Part shown: positions 18,853 to 29,090 of the stretch, in pieces
How the letters are laid out: every line of letters begins with the position of its first letter
Position numbering within the stretch: the first letter of the stretch is position 1
Source of the DNA: Piscirickettsiaceae bacterium
GTDB lineage: Bacteria; Pseudomonadota; Gammaproteobacteria; Nitrosococcales; Methylophagaceae
Length of the DNA stretch: 64,000 nt
Reading direction: 5' to 3'
Assembly (NCBI GenBank): GCA_024685975.1
Contig: JAIBDZ010000002.1
Location: 90,908 to 154,907, forward strand
Notes under the pieces: generated by a model
What the model was told of the DNA's origin: nothing
The model's input: the letters and a program-made list of their open reading frames with translations, nothing else
The model's database searches: none
Made by a program: the position numbers and the translations under genes

Positions 18853-20316
18853 TCACCAAGCAGACATTGCATCGATACAATCACGGTTTAATTGCTTGGC
18901 CATCTCAACACTGGCTGACTCGGTATAACACCGTAATTCTGGCGCATTACCAGAAGGACGTAAGTGCACGATATCACCATTATCAAACGTCATTCTGACG
19001 CCATCAATGGTATTAATATCAATAGGTTCACCTAAAAAAGGAAAACGTGTTGCCACAGCTGACTTATCATCAATCATCGTCGCTAAGATTTCCTGACTCT
19101 CAACTGTTGGGAAATCTTTCAATCGATCACTCGCTGTATAACGATGTGGTAAATCAGCTAGCAGCTGCGAAATAGAACATGTCGCATCGATCGATAACAT
19201 TAATATAGTTAACGGCACGATGACTGCATCGCGTGTTGGTAAGGGCGTCAATGTTCTATCATTAATCGTAATTGGCGATGCCTGTAGAAAACCACCATTG
19301 GCTTCATACCCCACAACACGGTCGCTTTGTGCCAATAATGACGTCATCGCTTCAATAACATAAGGTGAACCAATTTTTGTTCTTGTCACAATAGCAAAGT
19401 CACCTGATAGCTCAACGGCTGAATTACTGCTGATGGGGGTCACTACGGCCTCAGCCGATAAATAACGCGCGCATAATATTCCAGCCACGTCGCCTCGTAA
19501 CCACTGCCCATATTCATCACTGATTAATGGCCTATCTCCATCACCATCTGTCGAAATGATACAGTCGAAATGATGCTCATCACTCCACTGCTTTGCCAGA
19601 CGAATATCTTCAGCTCGAATCGCTTCAGTATCCACGGCTACAAACTGCGTAGAGCGCGCTAATGACACAACATCAGCACCTAATTGCTCTAAAATTATTT
19701 TCAAGCAATCTCGAGAAACAGAAGAGTGTTCATACAACCCAATCCGCTTACCGTTAAAACAGCCATTAGGAAAGAACTCAGTGAAACGCCGAATATAGGC
19801 TAGTCGAGCCTCATCGACCGACTCAGGTAAAACTTGTTGCTCAATAAACATGCCTTCTGCATCAAACTGGCTCTCATCTAATTCAACCGTTTGTTGCCGA
19901 ATCGCCAGCTCATCGGGTTTTAATATTTCGCCATCCGCTTTATTAAACTTAATCCCATTACGATCATCGGGAATATGACTGCCTGTTACCATCATCGTTG
20001 GCATTGCTTGTGTTAAACCATATAAAGCGATAGCAGGTGATGGAATATCTCCACAGACAATGGGAATACATCCTTGATCACGAATTGCTTGCACAGCCGC
20101 CGCCATAATACGTGGCGTGCTATCACGTAGATCGCCTGCGATCCCAATACGGTCGCCACGCTGACATTGCTGTTGTTGTGTTAAATATTGAATAAAGGCA
20201 GTGACATATAACCAACAGACTTGATCAGACATATCCTTTACCAAACCACGAACGCCACTGGTACCAAATTGGACACCCGATGTCGCCATTAATTGGTCAA
20301 TTTGAATCACTGTCAT
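18853..20316 (-). CDS. alpha-D-phosphohexomutase family protein (phosphomannomutase/phosphoglucomutase-like)
   Basis: Active-site loop TGSHIPDDRNGIKF, metal loop TDGDGDRP, sugar loop GYEANGG. Confidence 0.85.
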   Translation of the reverse strand: MTVIQIDQLMATSGVQFGTSGVRGLVKDMSDQVCWLYVTAFIQYLTQQQQCQRGDRIGIAGDLRDSTPRIMAAAVQAIRDQGCIPIVCGDIPSPAIALYGLTQAMPTMMVTGSHIPDDRNGIKFNKADGEILKPDELAIRQQTVELDESQFDAEGMFIEQQVLPESVDEARLAYIRRFTEFFPNGCFNGKRIGLYEHSSVSRDCLKIILEQLGADVVSLARSTQFVAVDTEAIRAEDIRLAKQWSDEHHFDCIISTDGDGDRPLISDEYGQWLRGDVAGILCARYLSAEAVVTPISSNSAVELSGDFAIVTRTKIGSPYVIEAMTSLLAQSDRVVGYEANGGFLQASPITINDRTLTPLPTRDAVIVPLTILMLSIDATCSISQLLADLPHRYTASDRLKDFPTVESQEILATMIDDKSAVATRFPFLGEPIDINTIDGVRMTFDNGDIVHLRPSGNAPELRCYTESASVEMAKQLNRDCIDAMSAW

Positions 20317-20317
20317 C

Positions 20318-21205
20318 TTAATCTAATTCCGATAAGGCTAGTGCCACACTGTCTTTCCAGTCAGGCAGCCGCAAATTGAATGCTTGAGCTAATTTATCCG
20401 TATTCATCACAGAATATAATGGTCTTGTAGCCGGCGTAGGATAGGAAGATGTCGTAGTCTTATTTAGCGTTGCGACCGTCTCACCTTGTTGTTTTAAGTG
20501 TTCAAAAATGTCATTCGCAAAATCATACCAGCTGCCTTGACCTGATCCTGACAAATGATAGAGTCCAGAATGTTGTTTCCAAAAATTTTCATTGGATTGT
20601 GCTGATAATGATTGAGCAATAATCAGAGACGTGACATCCGCAATATGACGACTCCAGGTCGGTGATCCCACTTGATCAGCAACGACAGATAACGTGTCTT
20701 TTTCTCTCGCGAGTCTTCTCATGGTCAACAAGAAGTTGTGCCCTCTTGTACCGTACACCCAACTAGTCCGAAGAATTAAGTATTGGCAGCCACTATCTGC
20801 AATCGCCTGTTCACCCGCCAACTTACTTTCTCCATAGACATTAATGGGCGCGACATTATCGGTTTCCAACCATGGCGTTTGGTTATCACCATTAAACACA
20901 TAATCTGTTGAATAATGAATCAGAGGAATCGCTAATTTCTTAGCGCATTCAGCCATAGTAGCGACAGCATAGGCATTAATTTGCATCGCTAAGTCAGGTT
21001 CGGCTTCTGCCTTATCAACAGCGGTATAAGCCGCCGCATTGACAATCATATCGGGCTTGAGCGATTCAATCAGTGAACTAATAGTCGAACCATTACTCAG
21101 ATCTAACTGTTTCCTGTCACACGCAATGACATTAGCAAGACAAGCTAAACTACGTTGTAACTCATAGCCAACTTGGCCATTTTTACCTATTAATAATATT
21201 CTCAT
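20318..21205 (-). CDS. rfbD: dTDP-4-dehydrorhamnose reductase
   Basis: MRILLIGKNGQVG..., STDYVF, YGESKLAGE. Sits in the rml gene neighbourhood. Confidence 0.93.
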   Translation of the reverse strand: MRILLIGKNGQVGYELQRSLACLANVIACDRKQLDLSNGSTISSLIESLKPDMIVNAAAYTAVDKAEAEPDLAMQINAYAVATMAECAKKLAIPLIHYSTDYVFNGDNQTPWLETDNVAPINVYGESKLAGEQAIADSGCQYLILRTSWVYGTRGHNFLLTMRRLAREKDTLSVVADQVGSPTWSRHIADVTSLIIAQSLSAQSNENFWKQHSGLYHLSGSGQGSWYDFANDIFEHLKQQGETVATLNKTTTSSYPTPATRPLYSVMNTDKLAQAFNLRLPDWKDSVALALSELD

Positions 21206-21750
21206 TAATCGTAATAAACCGCATCTTTAAAAGCGAGTCCAGCTTCATCTTTTGCCGATAAACTCGGCTGTCCTTGATGTGGCCATTCAATCCCGATATC
21301 AGGATCATCCCAACGAATACATTGTTCATGTTCAGGGGCATAATAATCAGTTGTTTTATATAAAAAATCAGCCGTCTCGCTTAATACAACAAAACCATGA
21401 GCAAATCCTGCTGGCACATAAAACTGATGATGATTGTCAGCTGATAATATCGTACCGGCCCATTGGCCAAATGTCGCCGAGCTTTGACGCAAATCAACAG
21501 CGACATCAAATACTTCACCTGCTGTCACTCTAACTAATTTTCCCTGTGCTTGCTGCGTTTGATAATGCAAACCTCGCAACACGTTTCGACCTGAGCGTGA
21601 ATGATTATCTTGTACAAAATCTTCATCTATACCGGCAATCTCACGTAAGTTCGCACGATTATAGCTTTCCATAAAAAAGCCGCGCTCATCGCCGAACACT
21701 TTCGGTTTTAATAATTTCACATCTGGAATTGTGGTGGTGATGACTTCCAT
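21205..21750 (-). CDS. rfbC: dTDP-4-dehydrorhamnose 3,5-epimerase
   Basis: FGDERGFFMESY, RGLHYQ, VFDVAVDLR and AHGF motifs. 181 aa. Confidence 0.95.
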   Translation of the reverse strand: MEVITTTIPDVKLLKPKVFGDERGFFMESYNRANLREIAGIDEDFVQDNHSRSGRNVLRGLHYQTQQAQGKLVRVTAGEVFDVAVDLRQSSATFGQWAGTILSADNHHQFYVPAGFAHGFVVLSETADFLYKTTDYYAPEHEQCIRWDDPDIGIEWPHQGQPSLSAKDEAGLAFKDAVYYD

Positions 21751-22635
21751 TTAAAAAATCTTATCCGTTAAAATACTCATTAAATAATCACCATAACCAC
21801 TTTTAATTAAGGGTTGGGCAAGCTTTTCTAATTGCTCCGCAGAGATATAACCATTACGATACGCAATCTCTTCAGGACACATGACTTTCAAGCCTTGGCG
21901 TTTTTCGATAGTTTGAATGAATAATGATGCATCTAATAATGAATCATGTGTTCCAGTATCAAGCCATGCCATACCTCGGCCCATCACTTCTACATGCAAT
22001 TCACCGCGGTCTAAATAATGTTGGTTCACATCCGTAATTTCTAATTCACCACGGGGTGATGGTTGAATATTCTCAGCAATATCTACCACTTGATTATCAT
22101 AGAAATATAAACCCGTGACCGCATATCGAGACTTTGGTTTAGCCGGTTTTTCTTCAATGCTTAATGCTTTACCTGCCTGATCAAAATCGACAACACCATA
22201 GCGTTCCGGATCTCCTACAGGATAAGCAAAAACAGAGGCACCTTGTTGACGCTGGTCTGCTGCGATCATCATTTCCGCCAGCTCATGACCATAATAAACA
22301 TTGTCCCCTAACACTAAAGCAGAAGGATCATTTGCAATAAATTCTTTTGCTAACGGAAAAGCTTGGGCAATACCTTCAGGTTTATCTTGCACAATATAGC
22401 TTAGGTTTAATCCCCACTCTTCACCTGAGCCTAATAATTGCTGCAGTCTCGGTGTGTCTTGCGGCGTCGAAATGATACAAATATCCCGCATACCCGCCAG
22501 CATTAATGTCGACAAAGGATAATAAATCATCGGTTTATCATAAACAGGCAATAACTGCTTACAAATCGCCCGTGTCACTGGATACAACCGTGTGCCACTA
22601 CCACCAGCTAAAATAATACCTTTTCTCGTTGTCAT
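21751..22635 (-). CDS. rfbA: glucose-1-phosphate thymidylyltransferase
   Basis: [17 protein letters not shown]...[17 protein letters not shown], the canonical RmlA N-terminus. Confidence 0.96.
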   Translation of the reverse strand: MTTRKGIILAGGSGTRLYPVTRAICKQLLPVYDKPMIYYPLSTLMLAGMRDICIISTPQDTPRLQQLLGSGEEWGLNLSYIVQDKPEGIAQAFPLAKEFIANDPSALVLGDNVYYGHELAEMMIAADQRQQGASVFAYPVGDPERYGVVDFDQAGKALSIEEKPAKPKSRYAVTGLYFYDNQVVDIAENIQPSPRGELEITDVNQHYLDRGELHVEVMGRGMAWLDTGTHDSLLDASLFIQTIEKRQGLKVMCPEEIAYRNGYISAEQLEKLAQPLIKSGYGDYLMSILTDKIF

Positions 22636-23696
22636 GATCCCGTCTCTTGTAGGCCTAAACGTTGCTGCTGGTAACTGCCATCAAGTACATGTTCACACCA
22701 TTGTTTATTATCTAAATACCATTGCACTGTTTTACGTAAGCCAGACTCAAAGGTTTCTTCTGGCCGCCAACCTAGCTCACGCTCTATTTTGCTGGCATCG
22801 ATGGCATAACGCTGATCATGGCCTGGTCTATCGGTCACGAATGTAATTAAACCTTGATGCGGCACATGAGGCGAATCAGGTAATAATTCATCTAAAATGG
22901 CACACAAACGATGAACGACATCCAAATTTGTATGTTCGTTAAAACCACCGATGTTATAGCATTCACCCACCACGCCGGTTTCTAATACCACTTGTAATGC
23001 ACGAGCATGATCATCCACAAATAACCAATCTCGGATATTATCGCCTTGCCCATAAATAGGTAATGCTTTTCCTAACTGTGCATTACTTATCATCAATGGC
23101 AATAATTTCTCAGGAAATTGATAAGGCCCATAATTATTCGAACAATTGGTCAATAATGTTGGTAAACCATAGGTGTGATGCCAAGCTCGAACTAAATGAT
23201 CACTGCCGGCTTTACTCGCTGAATAAGGCGAATTAGGCTCATACGGCATGGTTTCCGTAAACAAACCAGTATCACCAAGCGAGCCATAAACTTCATCTGT
23301 CGAAATATGATGAAAGCGAAATGAAGCTTGCTCTTCCGTATCTAACTGTCCCCAATACTGACGTGTTGCTTCTAATAAAGTATAAGTGCCAACCACATTG
23401 GTTTGAATAAAGTCACCTGGACCGTCAATAGAACGATCGACATGAGATTCCGCTGCCAAATGCATCACAGCTGTCGGTTTAAACTCAGCAAAAGCCGCAG
23501 CCATCGCAGCCGCATCACAAATATCTGCTTGGACAAAACGATAACGTGGTGACGTTGCCACACTGGTCAATGATTCTAAGTTACCCGCGTACGTTAACTT
23601 ATCAATATTTAATATCTCATAGTCTGTTTCAGCAATAAGATGGCGAATCAGTGCTGATCCAATAAAACCGGCACCACCTGTAATGAGTAAACGCAT
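22632..23696 (-). CDS. rfbB: dTDP-glucose 4,6-dehydratase
   Basis: [32 protein letters not shown]. Confidence 0.96.
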   Translation of the reverse strand: MRLLITGGAGFIGSALIRHLIAETDYEILNIDKLTYAGNLESLTSVATSPRYRFVQADICDAAAMAAAFAEFKPTAVMHLAAESHVDRSIDGPGDFIQTNVVGTYTLLEATRQYWGQLDTEEQASFRFHHISTDEVYGSLGDTGLFTETMPYEPNSPYSASKAGSDHLVRAWHHTYGLPTLLTNCSNNYGPYQFPEKLLPLMISNAQLGKALPIYGQGDNIRDWLFVDDHARALQVVLETGVVGECYNIGGFNEHTNLDVVHRLCAILDELLPDSPHVPHQGLITFVTDRPGHDQRYAIDASKIERELGWRPEETFESGLRKTVQWYLDNKQWCEHVLDGSYQQQRLGLQETGS

Positions 23697-23753
23697 TTAT
23701 CTCTCTTTAATTTATCTAATTAATTATTGTCTTAACCACAATAGGTACGACCA

Positions 23754-26132
23754 TTAATTCAACAAGGCATTAATCTCATTTAATAATTGAGTATCTTGTT
23801 GTTCTGTTGCTTGCGATTTCGCTTTCATCAAATATTGTTCAGCCTCTGATGTCTGAGCCAATTGGTGATAAACGCTGCCTAAATGATAATTAAACACGGC
23901 AACTTCTGGTGCTTTAATCACCACACGTTCAAGTACACTTTTCGCTTTTTCAAGCTCACCCAATTGTGCATAAACCCAAGCATAGGTATCCATAAAATAA
24001 GGTTCAACCGCACTTTCAAAACGCATCGTTAGCGTTCTTGCTCTCTCCAAATTCTCGGCAGAAGTAAACTTATCAGTTAATAAGCTCGCTAAATTATTCA
24101 CTGCCACATCCAAATCAGGATTACGCTCAACAATATCTTCATATAACGTTTTTGCTTGCTCAAATTGGCCAAGGCTTTCGTACAACGAGGCTAATGGCAA
24201 GGCAATCGCATTACTTTCTGGCAACACAGCTAAACCACGTTTAAAGTCTGCTTCTGCTTGCGCCATATCACCTTGTGCTTGACTGATATTAGCCAATAAT
24301 AAATAGCCATTTTGCCAATTAGCTTCTGCCGATAAACCCGCTTCAATCGTTTCGATCGCTTTCGGCCAGTTTTGCTCTTTAATATAGACATTGGCTAATA
24401 CACGATGGGCTGGAATTTGTTGTGGATTAGCGGCTGTAAAGTCGGTCAGATACGCTTTCAATTCATCAAGCTGAGATAATTGCAAATAACAATAAGTCAA
24501 TTGCTCAAGGGCTGCAGTCATAGTCGGCGCCGTTTTCAATAATGCTTGATATTGCGAAATAGCTTCTTGGTACTGTTCTTGTCCCTGCAAAATGCGTCCA
24601 TCAAGATATTGTGCCATCACTGAACTTTGATTTTGTGTTTTAAGAGATGCCACTACCTCTTCACTACCCGCCCAATCACGTTGTGCTAATTTGATTTGTG
24701 CTAACACTTGTAATAAAGGCTCATTGTCTGGTGTCATGGCTAATGCCTTTGTCACGACGGCTTCAGCGCGTTCAACATTATCTGTTGCCATGAGGCGTTC
24801 TGATACAAATAAAGCTGCTGTCACATTACCCGGCGCTAATTTTAATGCTTGTCTAAAATGGTCTTCAGCTAATTGCACAGAGCCTGTGCTGGCATAGGCG
24901 CGACCTAATAATGTCATTGCATCGACTGCTTCAGGATTATTACGCAACACAATACGCAAATTGGTCACAGCCGTATCGACATCACCATCTAACAGGTTTA
25001 ATTTTGCTTGCAACATCAAGGCATTTTCATCTTCTGGCGCTGACTCAAGTGCTTGAGTCACTTTTTCGCGTGCAGAGTCAACATCACCTTGTTGAAAAGC
25101 GTAATTTGCTAAAATCATATCCGCACGTCGGCCATTATTCCCATCAGGGTCTTTGGCAGAAATAGCTTGTAATGTCTCTAATGCTTGTTCTGTTTGTTCT
25201 TGTTTTAATTGCAGTGATACTTTTGCAAAACGGAAATCATAATTATCAGGTTCTTGAGCAATATACTCATCTAATAACGCCACCGCAGCATCAGGCTCTT
25301 TGGTTTGAATTAAAGCTAATAATAAAAGTTTAGCTTCTTGATGATCAGCATGGTTATCAACAAACGTTCTGATCTCTTCTTTAGCCCCAGCATAATCACC
25401 TTGCATATTCAGTAATCTTGCTAATGACTTAACAATCCATAATTCATCCGGTGTTTTCACCATCAATTCACGATAAATACTCTCGACTTTATCGAATTCT
25501 TTACGCTCTTCATAAACAGCTAATTTCATCGCCACTAAGGCCATATTGTCCGGATCAATAGATAGCGCATGCTCAATTGTAGATAATGTTTTAGCTGTAT
25601 CACCTTGTTCTTTATAGAGAATAGCTTTAACCGATAAGGCTTCGATATTTTCAGGATCTAATGACAAGACCAAATCAACATCTTTATTTGCAGCCCCATA
25701 ATTTTTCTGGCGCATATTAATGGACGCGCGTAAAACCAACGCACCGACCTGTTCAGGCGCGACATCTAATACTTTCTTAGCACGCTCTGACGCTTTTTCA
25801 TAATCACCTGACAATAAGAATAGTTGTCCCAACTTAACACTCACACCTTGATGTGTAGGATCTAACTGTTCTGCTGTCGTTAAATTTGCATACATGCCTT
25901 TCCAGTTTTGGCTTTTTTCATCTAACAGTGCCAATTGGTAAAAAGGTTCTGCTTGCGTCGGGTCAATTTGAATGGCATTTCGAAATTCTAAACTGGCTTT
26001 TTCAACTTTTCCTTCAGCTAATAGGTCTTTACCACTGGCCACAAAATCAGCAGCACTATCAGCAGATGAGCCACAGCCAGTCAATGAAGCAGCCAATAAG
26101 GCGGTAATCAATGTATGTCGTAATGCTTTCAT
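23754..26132 (-). CDS. prsT: TPR-repeat lipoprotein, PEP-CTERM-system PrsT-like
   Basis: Lipobox LLAASLTGC, then about 780 aa of consecutive TPR units, adjacent to an exosortase gene as described for PrsT. The family assignment rests on architecture and context. Confidence 0.6.
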   Translation of the reverse strand: MKALRHTLITALLAASLTGCGSSADSAADFVASGKDLLAEGKVEKASLEFRNAIQIDPTQAEPFYQLALLDEKSQNWKGMYANLTTAEQLDPTHQGVSVKLGQLFLLSGDYEKASERAKKVLDVAPEQVGALVLRASINMRQKNYGAANKDVDLVLSLDPENIEALSVKAILYKEQGDTAKTLSTIEHALSIDPDNMALVAMKLAVYEERKEFDKVESIYRELMVKTPDELWIVKSLARLLNMQGDYAGAKEEIRTFVDNHADHQEAKLLLLALIQTKEPDAAVALLDEYIAQEPDNYDFRFAKVSLQLKQEQTEQALETLQAISAKDPDGNNGRRADMILANYAFQQGDVDSAREKVTQALESAPEDENALMLQAKLNLLDGDVDTAVTNLRIVLRNNPEAVDAMTLLGRAYASTGSVQLAEDHFRQALKLAPGNVTAALFVSERLMATDNVERAEAVVTKALAMTPDNEPLLQVLAQIKLAQRDWAGSEEVVASLKTQNQSSVMAQYLDGRILQGQEQYQEAISQYQALLKTAPTMTAALEQLTYCYLQLSQLDELKAYLTDFTAANPQQIPAHRVLANVYIKEQNWPKAIETIEAGLSAEANWQNGYLLLANISQAQGDMAQAEADFKRGLAVLPESNAIALPLASLYESLGQFEQAKTLYEDIVERNPDLDVAVNNLASLLTDKFTSAENLERARTLTMRFESAVEPYFMDTYAWVYAQLGELEKAKSVLERVVIKAPEVAVFNYHLGSVYHQLAQTSEAEQYLMKAKSQATEQQDTQLLNEINALLN

Positions 26133-26212
26133 CTTAATCTTCCTAATCTAATCAATGTTATTAAACGGTTTAATCATATAACGTCTTATACCGCAATAAC
26201 ATCACGTTAAAG

Positions 26213-27412
26213 TTATAGTGTTGGCAGCAGCTGATGTAACTTAGCCGTCAAACCCAACTCCCTATTTAAAAATTGCTTACTTTCTTCTGGGCAAGCTAGT
26301 CTCAGCTGCTCATAAAATGATTTATCAAAAGCCATCTTCTCGATGCCTTCAGCAAAGCTGTCGATATTATTCGTTTGTGCTTGATAACTTGCTGTCGGCA
26401 TTTCTCCTAATGCAGGCACAACACCACTAGCAATAAAAGGGCGTCCCGATAACACAGATTCTGCAGCCGTCATCGCAAGCCCTTCATTAAAACCATCTGT
26501 CGTTGGAATAATAGATATATGACAATCACGATAATGCTCAATAAGTTCTTCCAACGCTACCCAGCCAGGAATGGTCACCACATCATTCAAATTCATTTCT
26601 TTTGCCTTAGCCTGTAAATCAGCTAATGCTGGCCCTGTACCACAAATGACCCATTCAAATTGGCCTGGATGTTTTTGCTCTAATCGCTCCGCCATTTTCA
26701 AAATATCAAATACACCTTTAAACACGGCAACACGGCCGATAAACATAATCTTAAAAGGACGTTGCTCATGTGCAGGTGGTTGAGCAATATTATCAAAATA
26801 GCTTTTATGAAATTGCGCCCTAAATGGCACATATTTTTTCGCAACTGCCGGACCGCAAAGTTGAACTAATTGTGTTTCACATTCTTTCGATACGCCCGTA
26901 ATGGCATTAGCACCATAACGAAAAAACCATTTATCACACCATTTAACGATTCTATCTGCAGGTTTACGTGGCGGGAAGCCAGAGGGCCATAATGTGTTAT
27001 GCAATATTGAGACGACTTTGATGCCGAACAAACGGAATAAAAACAACATAAAGTAATGGGTTGCCCCAGAATCAATTAATGCAATATCCGCCTTAAACCG
27101 TAATGCACGCCCTAACATCATAAAACCATAGCCCACCTCACCAAGATGGTAAGACAATCCTGACCCTAGAAATGCAAATGTTGGCTTTACTTTATGTTCT
27201 ATCACCATGTCGTCATCTGTGAAAACTTCTGCATTGGCACGGGGTGAAAGCATATAAATTTTCGAGCTCGACTCTTTACAATAATCTAACGTCTGTCCAC
27301 TGAATGTAATCGAAACTTCATGAGGGTCATGAATCCCTTCTTTCCAGTGTTTATAACTGCTAATTAAATCGGCATTACCACCGCAAGCATAAAATAACCT
27401 ATTGTTACTCAT
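26213..27412 (-). CDS. glycosyltransferase, GT4 (group 1) family
   Basis: C-terminal GT-B domain with FIGRVAVFKG...GTGP...PTTDGFNEGLAMTAAESVLSGRPFI (EX7E-like). Confidence 0.8.
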   Translation of the reverse strand: MSNNRLFYACGGNADLISSYKHWKEGIHDPHEVSITFSGQTLDYCKESSSKIYMLSPRANAEVFTDDDMVIEHKVKPTFAFLGSGLSYHLGEVGYGFMMLGRALRFKADIALIDSGATHYFMLFLFRLFGIKVVSILHNTLWPSGFPPRKPADRIVKWCDKWFFRYGANAITGVSKECETQLVQLCGPAVAKKYVPFRAQFHKSYFDNIAQPPAHEQRPFKIMFIGRVAVFKGVFDILKMAERLEQKHPGQFEWVICGTGPALADLQAKAKEMNLNDVVTIPGWVALEELIEHYRDCHISIIPTTDGFNEGLAMTAAESVLSGRPFIASGVVPALGEMPTASYQAQTNNIDSFAEGIEKMAFDKSFYEQLRLACPEESKQFLNRELGLTAKLHQLLPTL

Positions 27413-27510
27413 ACTTATTTCCCATACCTCAACCTTTTCACAATGACAATCCTATATAACGCTATTACTCATTTTGCAATGAAAACCTACTCCATTGTTT
27501 ACCGTTTTAT

Positions 27511-29055
27511 CTAATCTAATACATAGTTGCTTAACTCAGTATCCGCTTTAACCATAAAGCCGATTAAGCGCTCATCAGCTTGAGTTAATGATTCACCAGG
27601 TAAAACGGGTGTAACATGGCGCACCAAAGCACCATCTGTTCGGTTTTTAAACACCGCATCTAAAAACAAATACCATTTATTGATATATTCATTAGCCACA
27701 ATACGTCCATGCCCTTGGAACCAATAATAAACTAACTGACGTTGCTCGCCTTTCTTAATGACAACACGATTAGCCGGGTGATCATTAACTGTCACTCGTT
27801 GCAAATCAGCAATTTCCCAACCACCACCAGGAATACAAACTCTAGGCGAATGAGGAGAAACCCCTTTTCTTTGTGATTGATAATACGCCACATAAAAATT
27901 AACAGGGACAGGGTGGTTCTCACTGACATAATTAGCCATCAGATAATCGTCCATACCTAATTTTTTCATAACATCATCATCTAATTTTTCATGCTTTCCT
28001 TGCCAATCATCTAGGTACATTGGGAAATTAACAAATGAAATATGATCCGGAAACACTTCTGTTCGCTTATCTAAAAATTGACTTGTCATCATTGCGCCGG
28101 CTATCAACACAATCGCCACAATTAATGGTGTACTTGATATCGGACCTGAACTTTTTAAAGTTCCATATTGATCTGGAACAGCCACAACGCCGAACACTTT
28201 CGCCAAAGACACTTGTTTATTGGTTAAGCGTTCAAGTAGCCAAACTAAAGCAAATAAAATCACCGCACAGGCCATGAAAATGATCCAGCCCTCGAAATCA
28301 TGTAAAAAGCCTTCGGCCATCGAAATACCCCAGTTATCAACTAAGACACCAATCGCACCGATCCTAAAACTATTCATAAAAATCGTAATGGGAATTGTCG
28401 CTAAAAAAACCACCGCACGTTTCCAAAAAGGTGCTTGGTAAAAGTAAGCGGCAATAAAGCCTAAACTCATTAATGGAAATAAATACCGTAAACCACTACA
28501 AGCCTCTACAACCTGTAACTTGTACACACCTAAATCAATCACATTCCCTTCAAGAAACACGGGAATATTAAATGCTCGAATCACATCAACACCAATCGCC
28601 GATGACCAAAGTTGTAACTTAGCAGTCAAGACCACCTCAATAACATAAGGCAATGGAATCGCAAACAGCAACAATAGGATAGGTGCAATCGTATATTTTG
28701 TCGCCCGCCCAATAGTCACTAATGAAAGCCCTATCAGTAACAAAATAAAGGAGTATTGGATCAATAAAAATAACGCGCTAATTTCACCCACTATCAACAC
28801 GATAATCGCTATCACAATGGCCAATACACCTGACCATAGCGGTTTACTCACCGATGAGAGAATCAGCTCTTTCTTCTCCCAGAGAATATACAACGTCACC
28901 AATGGAATAAGGTAACCGTGGCTATATTCTTCTTGCACGCCCCATCGTAATACTGCTTCAGACAATCCTGTCCAATAAGTAAAAATAGCTAACCCAATGG
29001 CCACAACAAATAAACTAACTTGCCTAACACTTAACAAAGAGGACTCCAATAGCAA
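27511..29055 (-). CDS. exosortase fused to a C-terminal EpsI-family domain (XrtD-like candidate)
   Basis: Polytopic N-terminal half with exosortase signatures VVEACSGLRYLFPL (Cys), MNSFRIGAIG (Arg) and LHDFEGW (His). The C-terminal ~210 aa carry the EpsI-type motif SPHSPRVCIPGGGWE. Confidence 0.85.
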   Translation of the reverse strand: MLLESSLLSVRQVSLFVVAIGLAIFTYWTGLSEAVLRWGVQEEYSHGYLIPLVTLYILWEKKELILSSVSKPLWSGVLAIVIAIIVLIVGEISALFLLIQYSFILLLIGLSLVTIGRATKYTIAPILLLLFAIPLPYVIEVVLTAKLQLWSSAIGVDVIRAFNIPVFLEGNVIDLGVYKLQVVEACSGLRYLFPLMSLGFIAAYFYQAPFWKRAVVFLATIPITIFMNSFRIGAIGVLVDNWGISMAEGFLHDFEGWIIFMACAVILFALVWLLERLTNKQVSLAKVFGVVAVPDQYGTLKSSGPISSTPLIVAIVLIAGAMMTSQFLDKRTEVFPDHISFVNFPMYLDDWQGKHEKLDDDVMKKLGMDDYLMANYVSENHPVPVNFYVAYYQSQRKGVSPHSPRVCIPGGGWEIADLQRVTVNDHPANRVVIKKGEQRQLVYYWFQGHGRIVANEYINKWYLFLDAVFKNRTDGALVRHVTPVLPGESLTQADERLIGFMVKADTELSNYVLD

Positions 29056-29090
29056 TAGACATTGCTTCCATTCTTTAAATTTAATGTTCT

